A stretch of DNA of 64,000 nucleotides, taken from the NCBI GenBank assembly GCA_951406725.2, contig OX597833.1:53196001-53260000 (forward strand). Reading direction: 5' to 3'. How positions within the stretch are numbered: position 1 is the first letter of the stretch; the number at the start of each line of letters is the position of its first letter. Source of the DNA: Octopus vulgaris (Eukaryota). Below are positions 53,063 to 64,000 of the stretch, in pieces. The notes beneath the pieces are model-generated. The model was not told the origin of the DNA. It ran no database searches and saw only the letters and a list, made by a program, of their open reading frames with translations. Made by a program: the position numbers and the translations under genes.

Positions 53063-54129
53063 TAAAATACCGGATAAACCACCTACACCTGGATACGTCT
53101 CAACCAACAACTCTCTACTTGAGTGGTCCATGGTGTCCTGAAATAATTAACTAAAGACTTTTCCAGGTGGCGCTATTGAATTAGTCATGGCCTGGGCCGA
53201 TAATGCGGTATGCCTGTATACATACATATATATATATGTGTGTGTGTGTATTTATTTATATATATTAATATATATACATATGCACATAAACATACATACA
53301 TGCATACACACACTCACACACCCATATATATGCATGGGTGTATGTTTGTATGTATGTGTATGTGCATGTATGTATATATGTATGTATATATGTATGTATG
53401 TGCGTGTATATGTATGTATGCATATACATAAATATAGATATTGATACTTGCAAAAATATTGAAAGAGAGAAAGTACCTAAGAACCAGAAGGAGGAGAAAA
53501 AGAAGAGAATGTGGGAAGAAGGGAAGGTAGGATGGAAGAGGAGGAAAAGAAGGAGGAGAGATGGAGGAAGAGGCAGAGAGGAAGGAGGTGAGGAGATGGA
53601 GGAGGAGGATAAGGAGGAGGGGAGGAGGAGGACTAGGAAGAGGAGGAGGAAGAAGGGGAGGAGGAAGAACAGGAGGAGGAAGAAGGGGAGGAGGAAGAAC
53701 AGGAGGAGGAAGGGGAGGAGGAGGGAGAAGAAGAAGAAGAAGAAGAAGAAGAAGAAGAAGAGGAGGAGGAGGAGAAGAAGGAGGAGGTGACGATGAGATA
53801 AACTGTTTGAAAGTTTGTTGTTTTTTTTCCTTGAACACAAAAATAATATTAAAAAAAAACAATTCAAAAACAAAAACAAAAAGCAAACTGAAATAAAAAC
53901 AAACAACAATAAGACACAATATGAAAGAGAAATAATAATAATAATAATAATAATAACACGGATACTATTCCCAATCCACCCTAAAACCAGATAATATCGG
54001 GGTGGCAACGGCGTGGTGGGTGGGGCGCTCGGTGGAGGTTTTTTCTGGGACTTAACTCAGAAGAAACACAAGGAAATATAGTTTGCTCTATGTTCTAATA
54101 ATCCACATGGGTGTTCTTCTGGAACAACA

Positions 54130-54314
54130 ACTTCTATACCAACAAGCACAACAGCAACAACAGCAGCAGCAGCAGTAGTAGCAGCAGCAGCAGCAACAAC
54201 AACAACAACAACAATAATCATAACAACAACAACGGCAACGACAACAATAATAATGATAACAATAATACTAACAATAACGGTTAATAACGATGGTGGTGGT
54301 GGTGGTGGTGGTGG

Positions 54315-54388
<74 letters not shown>

Positions 54389-54491
54389 GTGGTGGTGATG
54401 ATGGTGATAATGATGATGGTGATGATGATGATTATGATGATGATGATGATGATGATGATAGTAATGATGATGATGAGGATGATTATGATGG

Positions 54492-54543
<52 letters not shown>

Positions 54544-54565
54544 AGTAATGATGATGATGAGGATG

Positions 54566-54597
<32 letters not shown>

Positions 54598-54795
54598 GAT
54601 GATGGTGATGATAGTGATGATGATAATGATGATGGTGATGATGATGATGATGATCTTGACGAGGAGACAAAGAGGTGATGGTGAGGGTGGATGAGGTCGA
54701 TGATGGTGGTGATGAGGAGGAGGAGGGGCAGCAGCAGCAGCAGGAGGAGGAGGAGGACAACGACGACGACAACGACAACGACAACAACGATGACG
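54130..54795. repeat. (CAG)n/(AAC)n/(GAT)n/(GGT)n trinucleotide repeats
   Basis: Read directly. Confidence 0.95.
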
Positions 54796-56853
54796 GCTTC
54801 TAAATTTGTCACAAGAGCAACACAAATATAAAAAACATTTGACGTTTAAATACACCAGTGAAAATAATCATAAGGTATATATATGTGTGTGTGTGTGTGT
54901 GTATACATGCAAGCACACCCAACGTTATATATACACACCCAACACGTTAACATATATTTCTATGTTACGTGAATGTAATCAAAGCCCAAAGACTTCCTAC
55001 AAAACATGTATAAAGTTACTCAAGTCACATATATTTGTAGACATACATCAAACGTCGTGCATGCAAGAACATACATATCCTTGACTATATATATATATAT
55101 ATATATATATACAGAGAGACTTAATGGACAGATAGACAGACAGAGAAAGACATATAATATGTACATAAATGGCGGCGAGTTTTCATTGAATCGTTAGCAC
55201 GCCGGGCTAAATGCGTAGCGTATTTATATCTGTCTTTACGTATCTATAGTTAAAATTCCTGGGCAAGACGTCGAAACATTTTGAAGACGACCTTTCAGAA
55301 GCTTTCGGGGTCGATAAATCAAGAACCAGTTACGCACTGGGGTCGATATAATCGACTTATATCCGTTTGTCATGTCCTTGTTTGTCCCCTCAGGTGTTTA
55401 GCACGCTTGGAGACAGTCAAAACGAGTAAAGAAATATATATATGTACATATGCATATATACTTTTACCTGATTTTACGGTTATACCTATTTAGGCACAAA
55501 CCGGCTTTTATTAAATTCAGGTGTGTATGTGAGGTGTGTGACGAAATGCAACTAAGCATTTGTGTGTGCTAACGATGTGTGTGTGTGTGCCGCCTTCTTT
55601 TGGGTCAGAAACATTATTTAATCACTACGATCGTTTCGACCCGTCATGCATCGGTCCCGCACAATTGAGATCCTGTTCAGGAATTGAAAGCACCATCTTT
55701 CGATCGCGAGTGCAACTTCCTAACCACTAAGCCACGCGCTCAAGTAAATGATGCATATTTTCATTGTCCACTTCTTTCAAGCTAGAAACATTGGTTTCAA
55801 ATTTAGGCACAAGACCAGCAATTTCAGGAGGGGGAGGACGAAATGCGAACCATTTTACGTGTGCAAATGATTCAGCCAGCTCGCCGCCATATTTTGGATC
55901 AGAAATACTGGTTTCAGATTTTGACACAAGGCCATAAATTCCAGAGGGAGGGGACTAGTCGATTACATCAACCCCAGTGCTCCACTTGTACATATTTCAT
56001 CGACTTCAGTGAAATTTGAACTCAGAACGTAAAGACGAACGAAATGCCGCTAGGCATTTTGCCAGGCGTGCTGGCGATTCTACCAGCTCGCCACCTATCG
56101 GTGGATCACTGTCATTCGACGAGTTACCTGCTCTTGAATTAAAGTGTAACTGAGCATCCCAGAAACGTGTATTCGTGTACTCTTAACATAATTCTGAAGA
56201 ACTAGCGTGAGGCAATGTGTCAAGGCTGTACTTTTTGAATTACGGGTGCAATCCACCCGACAGACTTCTTACACAATTTCCAACTAACCAGTTTCTCTAG
56301 CAATTCTTGGATTACATTGAGAATATAAGGAAAAGTTACTTTTGTTCAAGATGGCACTTGGTGAGATCGAAACCGGGATCTCATTATAGCGAGGCAAGCT
56401 TTTGAACCATTCTTCTAAAGTGTACTTACAATGTACAATACAGGCAAATTAATTAGCTGTGAAGAATACACTCAGTAAACGTCTATCTGTTGTGCATGAA
56501 CGGTATTAATATATATACGCTATGTCATAACTACAGCGTTGGAATGAGGAATTTCTTGAAATAAATCTATTTTCTATGTCATCCAAATGGTCCATATCTC
56601 TCTCTCCTCTTTCGCTCCCTTTCTCCCCCGCTCTCTCTCTCTCTCTGTCTCTCTGTCTGTCTGTCTCTCTCTCTCTCTCCCTGTGCACGTATGTAAACTA
56701 TGTAAATATATTAGGAAAGAGGGAGCCAAAGAGAGAGAGAGACAGACTGACAAACAAACAAGCAGAAAAAAAAATTAGAGAAATTAAGGTACGTAAACAC
56801 ACATACACGTCTCAACCTCTCTTTTACACTCATTCTCTTCTGCTTCCCTCTTC

Positions 56854-56886
<33 letters not shown>

Positions 56887-56954
56887 CATTTTTCTATCTA
56901 TCTATCCATCTATTTTTCTATCTATCTTTCTATCTATCTATCTATCTCTCTCTC

Positions 56955-56999
<45 letters not shown>

Positions 57000-57018
57000 C
57001 TATCTATCTATTTTTTTG

Positions 57019-57171
<153 letters not shown>

Positions 57172-57395
57172 AAGGTGGACGCCGCTGCAAAGAACGAAAA
57201 GCCAAAACTTTCTGGAATGGTATCAAAACAAGTGTCGTATGTTTACCTTTCTTGTAGAAATGTGTGTTCGTTCATGTATTCATTTATATTGCATAGGGAT
57301 GGAACAGGGCGAAAATATGTGAATAGACTCACACACATGCATATCTATAAACATATATATGTAAATATATATAAACACATACACCTTCTCTCTCC

Positions 57396-57468
<73 letters not shown>

Positions 57469-57593
57469 AAGCATATGTGGCTTCAAACCTCACATACTCA
57501 AGAGTACCATTTTTTCCTCTAAATGTTTTCTGTATGGATATATATATATATATATAGAAAAAACAACAACACGTGGAACAATTACAGTATTAT

Positions 57594-57642
<49 letters not shown>

Positions 57643-57646
<4 letters not shown>

Positions 57647-57944
57647 CAGTATCGCCCGGCGTTGCTCGGGTTTGTAAGGGAAGTAACTATAAAGCATTTT
57701 TAGAGAGTTACTTCCCTTATATAATAGCGAAAGAATGCATTAAAATGGAAAAAAAATGATGGTAAATTATTTTTAAAATCGTAGACTCATCGTAGACGCG
57801 CGCTAATACCCAGAAGGGCTCGATATGAATCACGACTATAAGATACCCGGTTTTGGTTAAACTGCACCGCAAAATGTGGGAGTAGTTAGGAATCTAAATC
57901 GTAGGAGACAGACAGACACACAACCTTACTTTTATATATAAAGA
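57643..57944 (-). mobile_element. Intact non-autonomous Helitron
   Basis: Reverse complement: A|TCTTTATATATAAAAG ... CCCGAGCAACGCCGGG hairpin - CGATACTG - CTAA|T: 5' TC, subterminal GC hairpin, 3' CTRR, A/T target. Confidence 0.85.
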
Positions 57945-58023
57945 TATATATATATATGTATATATATATATATGACATTTCTAAATATCTCAGAGAGATA
58001 TATGCAGTAGTGGTACGATAGAG

Positions 58024-58259
58024 TAGTTGTATACTGTCAACTTAATGTGACAGTCCCATGAAGGGATGATGACGAGCAAAGACACAGAAACTAGTCTCTG
58101 GGTGCAGGCTTAGCTGGGTGGAGGTGCTTATCTCCCCCGTGTAAACATAAGAACACAGGAAATGTGTCAAGGCCGAAAGGAAGCGTTGCTGCTTCCTAGG
58201 GCTAAATAGCAGTAGTGTGATTCCCTTCATGGGACTGTCACATTAAGTTGACAGTATAC

Positions 58260-58264
<5 letters not shown>
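58024..58264 (+). mobile_element. Fold-back element (family H3) with perfect 43-bp inverted ends, abutting (TA)n
   Basis: 58024-58066 is the exact reverse complement of 58222-58264. Confidence 0.9.
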
Positions 58265-58343
<79 letters not shown>

Positions 58344-59219
58344 ATGTATACATATACATACATATATGTACATATAAATATATTTGTGTTGACAGACAGT
58401 ATAAATATATAAATGCAGTTTTCAATCACTCTTAGCTTAATCATGACTTTTTTCGTTCTTTAAATATACATACATACAAGCATACTCTCACGCACACACA
58501 CACACACATACACACATATAAAGATACACACACATGCATATACATACACATCTATACATGTACCTATGTGTCTATGTGTGTGTGTTTATATATGTGTATG
58601 CAAGCATATGTGTATGCATGCATATGTGTATGTGTGTATGTATGTGTGTGTGTATTATGTGTGTGTATGTACGTACCAGTGACATTTCGTCCATGGATGC
58701 AAGACATGCAGTGCGTGCGTAAGTTATATAAAAGAATGAAAGCAAATAACACTGGATTTTATAATAAATATTTTCATTTTCATGTGAAACAGCTGTAAAG
58801 AACACACATACATTTTCTATGTATCATTCTTCCGTTATATGGTTTTGACTTTTAAAACTGAGTAGCGTGGCTTAAATACTAAAAGTCTGGCCTAATATTT
58901 GTGTATATACGTGTATATATACATATACATATATAATGAGGGAGATAAATTGAATATTAATGTAATTGCGGACGAAGGATAACGTTAGTAATTTATTCGG
59001 TAATAGACGAAACCGGTATACGATTAATTCTTGATTTTTATATAATTTTAATCTGTCTTGCCCGCTTATGTTCTGGTGTTCGCTGAATTTTCTCTGGAGA
59101 ACATTTTTTTATTTTTAGTTAGATCGTATGTGATCTTCTTCTAGCGTATGGTTATCCACCCAGCGGTTAATCCCTAAATATACACATGTGTATATATATA
59201 TATATATATATATATCCCA

Positions 59220-59265
<46 letters not shown>

Positions 59266-59270
<5 letters not shown>

Positions 59271-59497
59271 CTCTATTACCCACAAGGGGCTAAACATAGA
59301 GGGGACAAACAAGGACAGACAAACGGATTAAGCCGATTACATAGACCCCAGTGCGAAACTGGTACTTTATTTATCGACCCCGGAAGGATGAAAGGCAAAG
59401 TCGACCTCGGCGGAATTTGAACTCAGAACGTAACGACAGACGAAATATCACAAAGCATTTCGCCCGGCGTGCTAACGTTTCTGCCAGCTCGCCGCCT

Positions 59498-59498
<1 letters not shown>
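59266..59498 (-). mobile_element. SINE family B monomer inside (TA)n
   Basis: Reverse complement of the family B head + body. Confidence 0.9.
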
Positions 59499-59592
<94 letters not shown>

Positions 59593-59619
59593 TATATGTA
59601 TATATATGTATGTATATAT

Positions 59620-59835
59620 ATGTTGGTGTGTCTTCGTTTGTCTCCCCACCATTGCTTGACAACCGGTGTTGGTCCGTTTACGGCCCCGTAATTTAGCGGT
59701 TCAGCAAAAGATCCAATAAAGTATGTAATAGGCTTTCAAAGTGTAAGTCCTGGGATGGATGTGTTCGAGAAAGGGCGGTGCTCCAGTGTGGCCGCAGTCA
59801 AATGACTGAAACAAGTAAAGGAATAAAAGAATAAA
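59620..59835 (+). mobile_element. SINE family A 3' half
   Basis: Collinear with the family A tail. Confidence 0.8.
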
Positions 59836-59852
59836 ATAATATATATATATGT

Positions 59853-59937
<85 letters not shown>

Positions 59938-60289
59938 GGCGCGTGTAGAGAATTTATATACAGTGTTGCAGAGTCAAAGTTTTTTATTTAAATTGTATAT
60001 AAATTCTCTACTGGGAATGACCAAGTTTTAAAATCTGCTGGATCTCACTCATAAGGGAATCTTACATTGTGTATAAACTCTATATTCCGAAGGACCCATT
60101 TTAAACTCTGTTGGACTTTTGGACTTTACTCATAGGATATTGGAATATTGCATATATACCATTATGCCTAAAAAACGGATTTACAACTTCAATACCCATA
60201 CATATCTCACATCTATTTTCTTTCCTCCACCTCACTCTCTATTTCGTATCACATCGAAACTAACTATGACTTAACTATCTTCTCACACC

Positions 60290-60341
60290 GTCTCCGATGA
60301 AGGGATATAATTAATAAATATCCCAGAAACAGCTGTAAGAC
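60290..60341 (+). ncRNA. Type I hammerhead motif with core variant CCGAUGA
   Basis: GTCT-CCGATGA-A-GGGATAT(9 nt)ATATCCC-A-GAA-AC(AGCT)GT-A-AGAC: all three stems present, palindromic stem III, GUA triplet. Confidence 0.7.
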
Positions 60342-60439
60342 CTTCTATCTATAAATGTTCTAATATCTACACAGCCTTGCTTTTTTATCTTATAACGCAA
60401 AAAATTCTTATATATATATCATTGACCGCAAGCTCCAAA

Positions 60440-60600
60440 AGCTTTTTTAATTCTCTCTCTGTTTATTTCCACGTGTTCTTTCCTGTTGAAGAGCATAGGC
60501 TCGAAACGTAAAAGATTTTCTCAGCTTCCCGAGCGTTAAACTAATACACCTGCTTGTTGTTTATACTCCTGTCTTCATGTTTTTTCTGTAAATTTCAACT

Positions 60601-60602
<2 letters not shown>
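60440..60602 (+). mobile_element. Family H1 element with hammerhead-like motif at 60478-60514 (core CUGUUGA), ending at (TA)n
   Basis: CTTTC-CTGTTGA-A-GAGC(ATAG)GCTC-GAAAC-GTA-AAAG; collinear with 15715-15905. Confidence 0.75.
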
Positions 60603-60644
<42 letters not shown>

Positions 60645-60651
60645 TTTTTTT

Positions 60652-60713
60652 TTATTAAAGCTGCAAAAACATCGCAAAAAAGTTTTTTGGCGATGTTTTT
60701 CCAGCTTTAATAA
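60652..60713. repeat. Imperfect palindrome with arms of about 30 bp
   Basis: TTATTAAAGCTGCAAAAACATCGCAAAAAA-G-TTTTTTGGCGATGTTTTTCCAGCTTTAATAA. Confidence 0.85.
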
Positions 60714-61749
60714 TGGAAAAAAAAGCATATCACCCTATCTAAGGTATTCGAGTACTATTTTTTTTCCACCTTGTTTCGCATTTACGTGCTTACTCGTGTG
60801 TGTATACACACACACATACATGTAAACACTCCTGCAAATATGAAAGGGTGACAGAGAGAAGAAGAAGAAGAAGAAGAAGAAGAAGAAGAAGAAGAAGAAG
60901 AAGAAGAAGAAGAAGAAGAAGGAAGAGGAGGAGGAGGAGGAGGAGGAGGAGGAGAAAGATGAGGAAGACGAGGAGGAGGGGAGGGAGGAGGAGGGGAGGG
61001 AGGAGGAGGAGGAGGAGGTGAAAGAGGCGGAGGAGGAGGAGGAGGACGAGAAAGAGGAGGAAGACGAGGACGAGGAGGGGGATGTGGAGGGGAAGGAGAA
61101 AGAGGAGGAAGACGAGGACGAGGAGGAGGAGGAGGATGAGAAAGAGGAGGAGGATGAGAAAGAGGAGGAGGAGGAGGAGGAAGCTCTATTTCTGTTGCTG
61201 GTGCTGATGGTTTTGGCGGAAGGCTTAGAACAAAGAAGAAGTAAATAAAGATCGAAAATAAGGAAGATAAAATTGGAAAAAGCAAAGCAATAATAGTGAG
61301 CAACGATGTGAAACACAATAAATTGGACAATAAAACACAAAGGGAAAAAGTAAATGCGGTTCGGAATGAGAGACACGGACAAAAACAAAAATAATAATAA
61401 TAATATTGCGAGGTAAAGGGAGATAACAAATATATCAAAACAACACTAAAAAAAAAAAGATACAAAGAGAGGAAGTTTGAAACAAACGGAACGAAGAAGA
61501 CATGTTGAAGATGGCGGCAAGAAAACAAAAAGTGATTCGTACGGAAGGAAAAACAAAGCGATAAAAAGGCACGGAAGGAAAAACAAGACGATAAAAGATA
61601 CAGAGAATGTGAGAATGTATAATGGCGGAAGATAAATAACGTGTAAAAATATTATGAGTCCTGATATGCCACCTTCGTTAATTGGACCTAAACGCTGAAT
61701 TATTTTCTTCCTGGAGACCCCTACACACACTATCTCTTATCTATGCCTT

Positions 61750-61790
<41 letters not shown>

Positions 61791-61969
61791 CTCTCTCTCT
61801 CTCTCTTTCCCTTTATCTATCTCTATTTCTCTCTATCTCTCATATACATTCACCTACATATTTGTGCATGTAATATGCATACACTAACATAAATACACAA
61901 ACGCATGCACACACACATAAATATATGGATATATATGTGTGTGTGTGTGTATGTTTGTATGTATGTATG

Positions 61970-62012
<43 letters not shown>

Positions 62013-63222
62013 GTACATACACACATAAATATATGGATATATATGTGTGTATGTATATATATATATATATATATACACATACACATATATATCCAAATAT
62101 TCATGTGTGTGTATGCGTGTATATATATGTATATATATACTCACATGCACATGCACACTCATCTATGCATTTTTATAGCGATGCTTACAAACACATATTC
62201 GCATATATATATATGCAAATATGTATGTGTATATGCATGTGTATATGTATATGCACACACACACAAACACACACACACATATTCAAAGAGAGAGGGAGAC
62301 GGGAAATGAAGAGAATATTAAGAGGAAATTAACGTAAAATAAAAGAAACAGATTCGGAGCTGAGAAAAAGTCACTATAAGTACAAGAGGAAGAGAAGATG
62401 TGAGAACATATAAACATACGAACGTAAATACATGCATATATGTATGTGTGTGTGTATGTATGTATGTGTTTGTGTGTATACATATATGTGAACATGCATA
62501 GAGAGGGAGAGCAATAGAGATACCGATGGAGGATAAAGAGCTGAGACACATAGAATAATAATAGTGAAATACAAATAATACAGAGAGAGAGAGTAGAACT
62601 ACGGGAATGATAAGGACGCAGAGAAGTATACAATACGCATACACACACACACAGAGACAGAAGCACACACACGCACACAGAAACACATACATGCACACAT
62701 ATTGACATAACAAAAAAAAATGAATAAGGCCACTTATGTACTTAAATATTGATCAACGACGAAAACCGTGGGTGGTTTGAAAATGGTTGTTTTCATTGTA
62801 GACTTGTGGGGGTTTTTTTGGAGGGTTTGTTTTTCTTTTATTTGTTTCATTTAGGGATCTGGAAACAACCGCATACTGGCCTACAGGTTTTGTAAACAGC
62901 TAAACGTAAGTATCGTCTGCGTGATGATGGTGGTGGTGGGAGTAAGGGAAGGAGGGAGGGAGTAAGTGCTGTTTTGTCCGTGGTTAGCCGACATGTTTTT
63001 TGTCGTCTGTTGTTGAATCAAACTATCGTGATGTCTATGGCCGGGTAAAGGAAACACGGCAAAGAATATCAGGTGCATCCATGTATGAGTATCTTGGTGT
63101 TATCGTTGCCGTGTTTGTTTTGCGTTTTGATTTCATTTGGTTTGCTCGCCTGAAGAAGGAGATGACTAAGTATTAAATGCATATACATATACGTACGTAC
63201 GTGTGTGTGTGTGTGTGTATAC

Positions 63223-63267
<45 letters not shown>

Positions 63268-63329
63268 CATACATACACACACATATATATACGTACATAT
63301 ATACATATATATACATACATATCTATATG

Positions 63330-63400
<71 letters not shown>

Positions 63401-63418
63401 GTATATATATGTATATAT

Positions 63419-63518
<100 letters not shown>

Positions 63519-63647
63519 CATATAAATGTATGTATGTATATATATATGTATATATATATGTATATATATTAGCTTAAAAGCCTTCATATCGGGCGACTTT
63601 TAAGCTAGTATATAGCTTTTAAGCAGCTGACCCTGAATGGGAAGATC

Positions 63648-63728
63648 TGCAAACAGATCTCTGACTTGTCTTGGAGAATTTGTTGCAGTTGCTTCCTTCA
63701 GAGTCATATCCCAATGTAGATCATATTC
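63648..63728 (-). pseudogene. Short Helitron Rep-helicase fragment
   Basis: EYDLHWDMTLKEATATNSPRQVRDLFA resembles the RepHel linker motif EDDxHWDxTLxEA....SPxQLRxLFA. Confidence 0.65.
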
Positions 63729-63880
63729 GTCGCAAAAAAAAATCATGTAAAAAAAATCGTCGAAAACAATCGTAGTAATGGAAACACAGGAATCCAAAAT
63801 TTCAAGATTTCAGGTCCGGATTTGGCCCTGAATGATTTTGATTTACTCACTGTCTCTATGCCTACAATTATTCTCACTCC

Positions 63881-64000
63881 ATTCATCTTTGGACTTTCTT
63901 GGTGAAGTTCACTAGTTACATGGGGGTGTTCTGATCCCCAGATTCTCACACTATGTGTGTTCAGTTTCCATGAAACATGTAAGGTTGCCTCTTCACTAAA
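63881..64000 (-). pseudogene. IS630-Tc1-mariner superfamily transposase fragment (first catalytic motif, D->E)
   Basis: FSEEATLHVSWKLNTHSVRIWGSEHPHVTSELHQESPKMN resembles FSDEATFHLSGKVNxHNVRIWGSENPH....DSPKxN; runs off the window end. Confidence 0.8.

Noticed and set aside
54253-54855. Poly-Asp/His/Met ORFs (also 19635-20681, 25101-25695, 53265-54008, 60735-61528)
   Set aside because: Trinucleotide repeats open in several frames on both strands, with no unique coding flanks or recognisable splice context
58196-58211. Minus-strand GCTATTTAGC identical to my recollection of dicistrovirus IGR-IRES stem-loop IV
   Set aside because: Only 10 nt; the homolog near 15355-15370 loses the pairing, and no IRES pseudoknots or downstream ORF are seen

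Overview
Eukaryotic, AT-rich, extremely microsatellite-rich intergenic or intronic DNA. The SINE families and repeat landscape suggest an octopod cephalopod (inference). I found no host protein-coding gene, rRNA, true tRNA gene or CRISPR array; almost all ORFs in the track are translated microsatellites. The window is a mosaic of tRNA-derived SINEs (at least 5 families, many nested or concatemeric) and decayed LINEs (CR1-type, RTE-type, probable R4/Dong-type in (AAT)n). It also holds a Penelope-like RT + GIY-YIG remnant, Tc1/mariner remnants, non-autonomous Helitrons and MITEs. The most interesting signal is a dense set of hammerhead-ribozyme motifs in short elements that mostly abut (TA)n arrays and often carry Penelope-style inverted duplications. 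Three cases stand out. (i) Two unrelated sequences (9651-9721 minus, 50967-51039 plus) fold into the same non-circularly permuted, pseudoknotted hammerhead, with different sequence in all four helices. (ii) A three-copy family has a fixed non-canonical core, CUGUNGA. (iii) A tRNA-headed SINE carries a hammerhead in its body. All folds were done by eye and none is shown to cleave.
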